Of a DNA stretch of 35,823 nt, positions 1-7,426 are shown piece by piece (the first letter of the stretch is position 1; every line of letters starts with the position of its first letter). The translations under genes and the position numbers were made by a program. The notes beneath the pieces were generated by a model. That model saw only the letters and a program-made list of their open reading frames with translations, had not been told where the DNA came from and did no database searches. The stretch spans positions 1 through 35,823 of the forward strand of contig CAMBZY010000001.1 of NCBI GenBank assembly GCA_945872325.1. The letters run 5' to 3'. This DNA comes from Candidatus Kuenenia stuttgartensis. GTDB lineage: Bacteria; Planctomycetota; Planctomycetia; Isosphaerales; Isosphaeraceae.

Positions 1-375
1 GGTGGCTATCGTGGAGTGATTGAACGGTTGAAAACGCCTGACTTTCATAGCGAAAGCAGTGATGTACCCGTCTGGTCGCCGAGCGGCAAGCACGTTTACT
101 ATACGGCTAAAGTGGGAGAAAGCATTGAGTTGATGCGTGTTTCGCCAACAGGTGAACCAGAGCAGTTGACACATTCCAAGCCAGGTACAAAGCACTATCA
201 TCCCTCGGTTTCACCTGATGGAAATTGGGTTTTGTTTGGATCAGACCGGAGCGGAATCATGCAGCTTTATGTCGCCAGAGCCGATGGCCAGGCCGCTTAT
301 CCGATCACCAGTGTCCCTGCGAATTCTTGTGCCATGCACGGTTCGTGGCAGCCAAAACCACCGAATTCAAAATGA
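1..375 (+). CDS. C-terminal fragment of a PD40/TolB-like beta-propeller repeat protein (5' end outside the window)
   Basis: The frame is open from nt 1 (GGYRGVIERL...), so the listed GTG at 16 is probably internal. PD40-like blade motifs are present: WSPSGKHVYYTA and VSPDGNWVLFGSDRSG. Stop codon ends at 375. Confidence 0.6.
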   Translation, partial: GGYRGVIERLKTPDFHSESSDVPVWSPSGKHVYYTAKVGESIELMRVSPTGEPEQLTHSKPGTKHYHPSVSPDGNWVLFGSDRSGIMQLYVARADGQAAYPITSVPANSCAMHGSWQPKPPNSK

Positions 376-422
376 TCCTTAGGAACGGGTAGAAAATAAC
401 GTCCGCCTTTTTGGCCAATCGT

Positions 423-507
423 AGCCAAGCACAACTTGGCTGTTATCTAGCCGGTCTTGGCGCTAGCCCCGGTTGGTTTTGTAAATCGCCGAAACCGGGG
501 GCTAGCG
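423..507. terminator. Two hairpins in the convergent gap between the PD40 gene and the kinase gene
   Basis: Hairpin 1: agccaag-cacaa-cttggct (423..441, 7-bp perfect stem). Hairpin 2: cgctagccccggtt ... aaccgggggctagcg (461..507, about 13 bp with one bulged g and an 18-nt loop). Neither has a clear U-tract, so terminator function is inferred only from position between convergent genes. Confidence 0.35.
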
Positions 508-579
508 TCCTGCGGTTAGATTCAAATGCGGACATCGTGGGTTATCGCCATCACCCCGGAATCTGGCATGCGCCCTGTT

Positions 580-3500
580 TTATTTCAGCCCAAGCTCTTC
601 AATCTTGCTTTCAATTCGCTGAAAGTCCCATTTTACAATACGTTTATCTTCCTCAACGACAAAAAGCTCATGGCCCTTTGGCCCCCAAACGACCGGAGTT
701 GAGGACGGATTGTCTACAGGCAGGCTCAGATAACGGATCGGTTGTTTGTTGAGATCCCAAATGGAGATCTCCCTGCGTCCTACAACGGCCAGAAATGATT
801 GGTTGCCAGGCATAAAACTCAGGTCAGTGATCACATTCGAATCAGGTTCTTCAACTGTACCAACACGAAACGAAGTGCTCACTTTCCATGAGCGAACATG
901 GATCAGAGTGACCACTCCCTCGCGATTGCCCAAGGCTAGAATGGTGCCATCCGGAGAAAGGGCAAGGGCGTTAACATCTGTAGTTGGTGATCCGCTGGGT
1001 AATGGCTTTTTGTGCGCTCTCCAAATTGGCCCTGTCGCGGTTTGCTGATGTTCTTCAATTTCCCAAAACTCCCAACTGTTGCCACGAATCAGAGCTATCT
1101 GATCACCTTCCGGGACCACATTCAGTCGTTTGGAAAATGGCGTGAACCCGCGAAATCCAGCCATACTGCCAAACGCTTGATCAGGTCTTGGCGGAGGCGG
1201 TTCTGGACGACCTCGATCTCGATCTTTTCTTTCCGTGTCCGGTTGCCCTTGAGATTTCCGTCTCTCGGATTTTTCTCTTTCGGCTGGATTTTCATCACGT
1301 CCAGCCCTTTGATTTTGCGGGAATCCCTGTCTCTCAGACGAATCAGGCACAATCGGTGCAAATTGATTTCCTGTGAGTGGATCCAACAGGTAAAGCATCG
1401 CCCCTCGCGAGGTGAACGTACGACCAGATTGGCTGGCAAACACCAGTCCACTTGGCATCCGAGTCAGGCCAAATCCACGCATTGACCACGCGTCATCGGC
1501 TTGTTCAGGCAAACTAAAATCAGCAGTCGCGTTTACCAGGTCTGGCGATTCCGGAGTCCACTGATCCCATCGTTTTACGGTTCGATCATTGAGTGTCCAG
1601 AGCCGGCCTTGCGGATCCGTTCGTACTGTGCTGAAACGATCTTTTGACTCGCTGGAGTGGAGCTGACGCATCGGTCCTTCGCCGGGAGCGTCATACCAGA
1701 CCTGCCCTGTCAATATTTGAGCCAGAATCGTGGGCGAATTTTCGGAACCATGAAGTGCCATATTGATCACAGGCTCAGGAGTTGTGGCAACAAGCCTTTT
1801 GGCAAGTGGCTCGTTGATCGACCAGGTGCGCAAACCGCCCTTTCGAGCATCATGAAACGACGCCAAAAGTCGATCCCCGCTGGCTGTGAATGCGAGATGA
1901 TCAGCTTGTCCGGTTGTGGCCAGAGTCGCCACAGCCTCTCCGGAATCGACATCCCAAAGCTCGATTCCAGAGGTCCGACCCGAAGCGGCTATCATGTTCC
2001 GGTCAGGGGCAAACCGAATCTGCCGAATCACTCCAAGCTGAGTTCCAAGTGTGGGTAATGCCACTGCCGACCAGCTACTTTCCGACTTCTCCTGCTTGAT
2101 TTCGTTACGCCAAAGCCGGATCGATCCCCCTCCTGCGACAGCCAGAAGACGCTGGGGACCTGCGGCAATCGTCGAAACCGGCACCTGTGCGGAGAGACTT
2201 CCAAGTTCACGACCATCCGAGGTATCGAGAATCCGAATCTGCTCTTCAAATAAATGGCTCACCGCAACCCATCCACCATCAGGGCTTATGGACAAAACTG
2301 GCCAGATGAACCGCCCGCGTTCGGCGGCTGGTTTGATCCGCTCCAGAATCAACGGTTTTGATTCAGGCTTATCCAAATCATGAATACAGATTAGAAATTC
2401 ATCGGTGGGGCGTAACGGACCGAACGGAAAGACTCGGCCACTGGATGAGCCTGGGGTGGTCAAGTCAGGATGAAATTCAATCGTCAGGATCCGCGATTTT
2501 GCACCCACTGGCTGAACGGCCAGAATGGTGTTTTGATCCGGACTTCGCCATTCACCACGTGGCTCAGCTGTTTGGCTGTCCACCCAGATAATACTCCGTC
2601 CATCGGGCCTGACCACTCCAAGCATGGGTCCAATGGAGACCATGACCAGACTGGATCGTCTTGAAAGTACACCACCTGGAATTAAATTATCCGGCCCACC
2701 ACGACCAGGCCCTGATTGGTCTCTTGTATCCAACCACGCGGAACCTTCAAAGAGCTTTTCGAGAAGCACTTCCGAGCGTTTTTTCCCGGTGGTGATATCC
2801 CAGATAATCAGACTTTTTCGATCGCCGCTCACCGTAGCAGCACGATCATCGCCGGTGATCATTTCGAATCCAGCCAGGCGATCCTCAATGAGCGAAAGTT
2901 CTGGATGAACATCGCTTAAGGAGAGTGCCGCCACCACTTCATCGCGGAGCTTGGCCTTCAGTTCCGGCTCTGGATCATATGCGACAGCTTCTTGAACCAG
3001 ATTTAAAATCGTGCGTCGCCGATCTGGAACAGCGGACATGCGAACGAGTGAGGCCTCGCGCCATAACTGGTTACGCATGGCAGATCTGGCCTTGCCAAGC
3101 GCGGTTTTTTCACCATCCAGAGCGACTTGAGTCTGAACCCGGGCGAGCAAAGCATCGTCCCTCTCAATCGTCACGCGTCGATATGCAAATGACGCAATTC
3201 CGATAATGACGGAAACAGCCACCACGGATACCAATGTGACCGCTGGATGCCTCTGGGAAAGCCTCCACATCCGACCAACAGCCCCAATCCGCCGCGCCTT
3301 CACGGGTTCGTATCGCAGGAAACGCTCAAGATCGTCGGCGAGTTCAGCTCCAGTTGCATACCGATCTTCAGGGCGACGCGCCATGGCCTTGAGAACGATG
3401 GTTTCAAGATCCCTCGAAATTCTTGGCTCAATCAGATGAGGTGGAGTTGGCGATTCAGTCAGGATCTTGCGAATCACCTCATCGCTGGTCTCACCATCGA

Positions 3501-4605
3501 ACGGTGGGCGTGATGTCAGAAGTTCATACAGGGTGGCTCCAAGGCTATAAATATCGGTGCGATGGTCCACCACTTTTCGGGCAGCCTGCTCTGGGCTGGT
3601 GTAGCGTGGAGTACCTAAAACACCGTCACCACGAGAAAGGCCAGGGTCATCGAGCCGAAGGGCCAAACCAAAGTCGGCGACCCAGATTGTTCCAGATGTA
3701 TCAAGAATCAGGTTGGAAGGCTTGATGTCGCGGTGAATCACCTGACGTTTATGAGCATAGTCAAGCGCCATGGCAGCCTGACAGCCAATCTGTGCAACCC
3801 ATCGTGTGAATCCATACCAATCCGGATTCAGAGCAATCTGATCACTTGATTTGGTGGAACCCTGCGCCTGACCGACTGAATTCGATTTCTGAATGACGAT
3901 CGAGCGATTTTCATGGTCGGACGAATTCTCAAGATTTGGAGTCTTGTCAAAATCCTGAGTACTCGCTGAGATCGCTACTGGCAAATGCTTTACAACCGAT
4001 TCGCCACGGCGTCGACGGATCAGCCAGTCAAGGCCTTCGCCGTCGATCTTCTGCATGGCGTAATAGCACGTGGAGCCGGATTGCCCCACATCAAAAACAG
4101 GCACAATATTCGTATGGTGAAGGCCGGCTGAGGTGCGAGCCTCGTTGATGAACCGGCGGCGGGCCGATCCACCTGACCAAGGCTTGAGAATTTTCAACGC
4201 CACAGGGCGATCCAGATCGACGTGGACCGCCTCATAAACGACCCCCATTCCACCACGACCAAGTTCGCGCACAATCCGATAACCAGCCAGGCTATAACCC
4301 GGCTTTAACAAAGTGGTTTCGGGAGAGTCGGTGCTTGTAGAGGAGTTACCAAGACGTGCTGTTGAACCGCCTGAACTGAGCAGGCCACGCATCATGGCAA
4401 GCCCTTCAAGAGCGTTTCGCAGTTCATCTCCTAAATCGGGATACTCTGCAAGAAACTTCTGGAGGTCTGGTGGATGACCCAATTCCTCGGTTTGAGAAAG
4501 ATAATCCTCAACAGCATCACCAAGATCCTGAACGGCTTCGTCAGTCGACTTCGTGGCGACCAAAGAATCGTCTGGTTCGATATTGGGAACCTCAGGCATG
4601 GCCAC
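580..4605 (-). CDS. Membrane-spanning Ser/Thr protein kinase with a large C-terminal WD40/beta-propeller domain
   Basis: 1341-aa ORF with an ATG start. Hanks kinase motifs are present: GRGGMGVVYEA (G-loop), VALKIL, HRDIKPSNLIL, DFGLA, GTPRYTSPEQ and DIYSLGATLYELLT. There is a single TM segment, AVTLVSVVAVSVIIGIASFAY. The roughly 850 aa after it carry repeated WD-type blade ends (LIIWD, IRLWR, IELWD, VKRWD, ISIWD, IVKWD) and SPDG motifs. Confidence 0.93.
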   Translation of the reverse strand: MAMPEVPNIEPDDSLVATKSTDEAVQDLGDAVEDYLSQTEELGHPPDLQKFLAEYPDLGDELRNALEGLAMMRGLLSSGGSTARLGNSSTSTDSPETTLLKPGYSLAGYRIVRELGRGGMGVVYEAVHVDLDRPVALKILKPWSGGSARRRFINEARTSAGLHHTNIVPVFDVGQSGSTCYYAMQKIDGEGLDWLIRRRRGESVVKHLPVAISASTQDFDKTPNLENSSDHENRSIVIQKSNSVGQAQGSTKSSDQIALNPDWYGFTRWVAQIGCQAAMALDYAHKRQVIHRDIKPSNLILDTSGTIWVADFGLALRLDDPGLSRGDGVLGTPRYTSPEQAARKVVDHRTDIYSLGATLYELLTSRPPFDGETSDEVIRKILTESPTPPHLIEPRISRDLETIVLKAMARRPEDRYATGAELADDLERFLRYEPVKARRIGAVGRMWRLSQRHPAVTLVSVVAVSVIIGIASFAYRRVTIERDDALLARVQTQVALDGEKTALGKARSAMRNQLWREASLVRMSAVPDRRRTILNLVQEAVAYDPEPELKAKLRDEVVAALSLSDVHPELSLIEDRLAGFEMITGDDRAATVSGDRKSLIIWDITTGKKRSEVLLEKLFEGSAWLDTRDQSGPGRGGPDNLIPGGVLSRRSSLVMVSIGPMLGVVRPDGRSIIWVDSQTAEPRGEWRSPDQNTILAVQPVGAKSRILTIEFHPDLTTPGSSSGRVFPFGPLRPTDEFLICIHDLDKPESKPLILERIKPAAERGRFIWPVLSISPDGGWVAVSHLFEEQIRILDTSDGRELGSLSAQVPVSTIAAGPQRLLAVAGGGSIRLWRNEIKQEKSESSWSAVALPTLGTQLGVIRQIRFAPDRNMIAASGRTSGIELWDVDSGEAVATLATTGQADHLAFTASGDRLLASFHDARKGGLRTWSINEPLAKRLVATTPEPVINMALHGSENSPTILAQILTGQVWYDAPGEGPMRQLHSSESKDRFSTVRTDPQGRLWTLNDRTVKRWDQWTPESPDLVNATADFSLPEQADDAWSMRGFGLTRMPSGLVFASQSGRTFTSRGAMLYLLDPLTGNQFAPIVPDSSERQGFPQNQRAGRDENPAEREKSERRKSQGQPDTERKDRDRGRPEPPPPRPDQAFGSMAGFRGFTPFSKRLNVVPEGDQIALIRGNSWEFWEIEEHQQTATGPIWRAHKKPLPSGSPTTDVNALALSPDGTILALGNREGVVTLIHVRSWKVSTSFRVGTVEEPDSNVITDLSFMPGNQSFLAVVGRREISIWDLNKQPIRYLSLPVDNPSSTPVVWGPKGHELFVVEEDKRIVKWDFQRIESKIEELGLK

Positions 4606-4735
4606 GGCCCCTTTTTTTGACTCTTAATTCGATGTGACGTGTCTAGGAATTGCTTCTATAGTATATCAGCGTCAGCAATTCCGAATCAGGCGGATTTATT
4701 CGGTTGGAAACCGTAATTTTATACAAACCAATCGG

Positions 4736-5392
4736 TCAGTGAGTTTCTGTTCCCATCGACTTGCGGAGACTTGCCAAGCCTTTGGCCCACATCCCTCGAA
4801 TCACTTTTCGCGTGACTCCAAAGTGCTGGCCAATCGCGTCAAACGAAATCCCTTCCACATGATATAGCCAGAGAACTTCGGCTTGATCGTTTGGAAGTTT
4901 GGTCAAAGCGTCTGCCAAAAGCACTGTGGCTTCGCGACGGATAGCCGCTTCGCTAGGGCTTGTCTGGCTTAAGGTGAGAAGCTCTGCCAGATTGCCAGAT
5001 CGGCCGCCGGCTTCAGGAGAGCCTCCCAAAGCACCCGTCAATCCTGACATCGGAGCATCCAGAGGCCATGGAGCATCGCCCCCACCGCGCTTAACCCGAC
5101 TGTGATAGCGGCCAAGATCCGCAAGTTTCTGCGCAATCAATCGCCTCAACCAGCCGACCAGAGCCACTTCATCCTGACCTGTAAATGCGGGAAATTGGCG
5201 AATCACTTCGATCAAAGTTTCTTGAATAACGTCCGAAAGCTCCACTCGTTCACGAAGCCTGGGACCAAGTCCCGTGCGGGCAAGCATGCGCAAATAATTG
5301 CGGTACATGTCGCAAAGAGTGCCAAGCGCGTCTGTCTCACCCGATCTGGCTCGAGCCACCAGTATCATCGGATCGAGGTCATCGTTACTCAA
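4736..5392 (-). CDS. ECF-type RNA polymerase sigma factor (sigma-70 family, regions 2 and 4 only)
   Basis: 218-aa ORF. Sigma region 2 reads LSDVIQETLIEVIRQFPAF...VGWLRRLIAQKL. The region 4 HTH reads QAEVLWLYHVEGISFDAIGQHFGVTRKVIRGMWAKGLASLRK. The longest ORF starts with TTG at 5392; an ATG alternative (MILVARARSGE) lies at 5368. It sits 130 nt upstream of, and co-oriented with, the kinase gene. Confidence 0.88.
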   Translation of the reverse strand: MSNDDLDPMILVARARSGETDALGTLCDMYRNYLRMLARTGLGPRLRERVELSDVIQETLIEVIRQFPAFTGQDEVALVGWLRRLIAQKLADLGRYHSRVKRGGGDAPWPLDAPMSGLTGALGGSPEAGGRSGNLAELLTLSQTSPSEAAIRREATVLLADALTKLPNDQAEVLWLYHVEGISFDAIGQHFGVTRKVIRGMWAKGLASLRKSMGTETH

Positions 5393-5448
5393 ATGCTGTG
5401 ACCATAGAGGATTTTAAGGCGATGAATCGCACCTCCACAACCCATGCA

Positions 5449-5491
5449 GGGTCGCAAAACCGATTCCGTTTTGGAACCGAAAGTGCGACCC
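5449..5491 (-). terminator. Nested hairpin downstream of the first PEP-CTERM gene and upstream of the sigma gene
   Basis: The outer stem is gggtcgca ... tgcgaccc (8 bp). It encloses an inner stem caaaac ... gttttg (6 bp). There is no U-tract, so it could be a terminator, a processing or stability element, or a regulatory structure. Confidence 0.3.
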
Positions 5492-5537
5492 ATGTGGAAG
5501 AGTCAGTTTCTAGTCGAACCGAACTGCACAGCGATTG

Positions 5538-6209
5538 TCAAGCCCGGTTCAATTTGAGTTGACGGCGGCGTGCCATCCAGGCCAGAGAAATTCCCGATAC
5601 CAGTACAGCCAAAGTGGATGGCTCAGGCACGGGTACTGCGGATGGGTTGGCCAATGTGAGCCAGCTCATTGTGACATTCGTTGTGGCTGCAGAGTTTACA
5701 ACAAATGGTCCGATTCCACTGAGAAAAGTGCGATTATCGGGAAGGCCACCTTGAACGATATCCACCCAGGGATCCACTGGATCAAACGATGCAACAACCG
5801 ATGAATAATCGGTACCGGTGATGGAACCATTCAATCGGCCCTTGAGCACGATTGGCTGAAGGTTGCTGGTATACCAGTTGCTGTTGAGTTGCAGGCCGGT
5901 TGGAAGGATCGAGATCGAGAACGGTGTGTTCGTGTAAGTTGTGGACATGCCGGGTGGGAGCGGCGAGGTCAGGAATTGACCCAGATATCGGGAACCTGTT
6001 GTGCCCCAGATTGGATTTGCCTGGCTTTTGTAGCTGATGGCGTTAAACCCGGTGACACCATCCAAGCCAACCTGGCCAGAGGTGGTGAAGCCAAAACTGG
6101 TGACAGGGTCAGAGATGATCCCGGCTTGTGATGTCAGTGAGAAACTGGCTGCAAGGATGAGTGCAGAAAGAATTTGTTTAGCGTGAGCTTTGAACTGGAA
6201 CTTGATCAT
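5538..6209 (-). CDS. PEP-CTERM sorting-domain protein (secreted, paralog 1)
   Basis: 223 aa with an ATG start preceded by aggaga 8 nt upstream. N-terminal signal peptide: ILSALILAASFSLTSQA. The C-terminus is VPVPEPSTLAVLVSGISLAWMARRRQ, i.e. a PEP motif, a TM helix and an Arg cluster. Confidence 0.85.
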   Translation of the reverse strand: MIKFQFKAHAKQILSALILAASFSLTSQAGIISDPVTSFGFTTSGQVGLDGVTGFNAISYKSQANPIWGTTGSRYLGQFLTSPLPPGMSTTYTNTPFSISILPTGLQLNSNWYTSNLQPIVLKGRLNGSITGTDYSSVVASFDPVDPWVDIVQGGLPDNRTFLSGIGPFVVNSAATTNVTMSWLTLANPSAVPVPEPSTLAVLVSGISLAWMARRRQLKLNRA

Positions 6210-6256
6210 GGATGTAAATCTCCTGATGTCAATTCAGGTTAGTGATGTCGAAAGGT

Positions 6257-6284
6257 GAGACGGGCCTGATAGAAATCGAGTTCA
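6257..6284 (-). promoter_or_regulatory. Candidate ECF-type promoter upstream of PEP-CTERM paralog 1
   Basis: The minus strand reads tGAACt-N16-CGTCtc, i.e. GAAC then a 17-nt gap then CGTC, about 45 nt upstream of the ATG at 6209. This resembles the generic ECF -35 GAAC / -10 CGT architecture. The CGTCTC also belongs to a 7-bp inverted repeat (gagacgg at 6257..6263 and ccgtctc at 6291..6297), which is an alternative explanation. Confidence 0.22.
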
Positions 6285-6329
6285 TTTCAACCGTCTCTGA
6301 TTGAGCGAAAGTGATTGAATTTGAGAAAA

Positions 6330-6377
6330 CCGAAGGCGGGGTCGATTTTGAACCCCGCTTCGGAAATTGTTTTTTTG
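6330..6377 (-). terminator. Intrinsic terminator between the two PEP-CTERM genes (hairpin flanked by T/A runs on both sides)
   Basis: ccgaaggcggggt-cgattttga-accccgcttcgg forms a 12-bp GC-rich stem with one bulge. On the minus strand it is followed by ttttctc; on the plus strand by aaattgttttttt. It lies 64 nt downstream of the stop of the 6441..7091 gene. Confidence 0.6.
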
Positions 6378-6440
6378 CTGCATTTGGAGAGCAATCCTGT
6401 CATGGATCAGGGCCGAATGCGACTTCGGTACGGATTCAGA

Positions 6441-7091
6441 TCAGACCGTCTGACGACGGCGACGATGCCAGACCAAACCAGCGGCACCAAGGCCGAAGAT
6501 CATGATCGAAGCTGGCTCAGGAACGGGAACTGGGGAAACCACCATCAGTGATTGGGCGGTTGTACGACCACCATTTGTGGTGGAAGGAACCAGTGTCAGG
6601 TTGCTGTCCAGGTTGACAAGCGTGTTGCTGTAACCATTGGTGAGGAACTCAGGGATTGGCTTCTGATCGAAGCTGACCATGAGGTCGGACTGGCTGGCGC
6701 CAGTGACGGATCCATTGATCTTGCCGGTCAGAACAATCGGCGTGGTGCTTGGATCGACGGAATTGCCGTCCACAGAGTTCACCAGGTAGGTGATCGAAAA
6801 AGGTGTGTCAGCATAGGTGGTTGTGACACCTGATGGCAGTGCAGCCACCATGAACTCGCCAAGGCTGAATGACGATGGTGTGGTGAATTGGCCGCTGGGC
6901 ACGCTATTGAAGCTAACCACAGGTGTACCGGTGACTCCATTGGTGTCAATCGCACCGGAAGTCGCGTAGCTCATTAAAACTTTAGCAGACTGGGAAGGGC
7001 TTGATGCAGCCTGAGCCATACCGGCCAGACCAAGAACCATAGCCGTTGCCGTCATCCATACACGTGAAACGCTGAAGTGACGCATATTCAT
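6441..7091 (-). CDS. PEP-CTERM sorting-domain protein (secreted, paralog 2)
   Basis: 216 aa with an ATG start and aggagg 5 nt upstream. Signal peptide: MTATAMVLGLAGMAQA. The C-terminus is VPVPEPASIMIFGLGAAGLVWHRRRRQ. Shared blocks with the 5538..6209 product are TSG..D.NGVTG, TTYxxTPFSI, PIVLxGxxNGSxTG and VSFD. Confidence 0.85.
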   Translation of the reverse strand: MNMRHFSVSRVWMTATAMVLGLAGMAQAASSPSQSAKVLMSYATSGAIDTNGVTGTPVVSFNSVPSGQFTTPSSFSLGEFMVAALPSGVTTTYADTPFSITYLVNSVDGNSVDPSTTPIVLTGKINGSVTGASQSDLMVSFDQKPIPEFLTNGYSNTLVNLDSNLTLVPSTTNGGRTTAQSLMVVSPVPVPEPASIMIFGLGAAGLVWHRRRRQTV

Positions 7092-7384
7092 TGCCTCCTG
7101 AAACCTCCATGATCAAGGCAATCCTTGATCCAACACAGATGCTGGACCACGCTCAACAGGAACCCGTCCAGTCAGGTCAGTCAGACCCAACCAAATGGCT
7201 AAAAATCGGGATGAAATCTTCTCATCCGAACTTCCATGCCGGATCGTGTTCCATTCGGAGTTCAACTGCTGGCATCAACAATGCCCGCCGATCTTCTCCT
7301 AAGCAACTGAGCCGAATCGTACACGACCTCAGAAATTCAGACAACCCCAAACTTTCAAATTTAATTCAAGTTTTTCTGAATCCT

Positions 7385-7413
7385 GACCGAAAGCCTCACC
7401 GAGGCTCTCGGTC
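7385..7413 (-). terminator. Hairpin downstream of the TIM-barrel isomerase-like gene
   Basis: gaccgaaagcctc-acc-gaggctctcggtc forms a 13-bp stem with one mismatch, 14 nt after the stop at 7427. The U-tract is poor. Confidence 0.35.
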
Positions 7414-7426
7414 CACGAATTCAAAA

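Noticed and set aside
411-4148. About twenty plus-strand ORFs of 60-157 aa (for example 1012..1485, 1657..2058, 2051..2383) and short minus-strand off-frame ORFs overlapping the kinase gene
   Set aside because: All are nested inside, or antisense to, the 1341-aa kinase ORF, which has unmistakable Hanks and WD40 motifs. Their translations are Arg/Ser/Pro-rich low-complexity strings typical of antisense frames.
5449-5500. GGAAC...CG on the plus strand (ttggaaccgaaagtgcgacccatg), a possible ECF promoter near the sigma gene
   Set aside because: It is oriented away from the sigma gene, reading antisense into the PEP-CTERM gene, and it forms part of the nested hairpin. I found no equivalent element on the coding strand upstream of the sigma gene.
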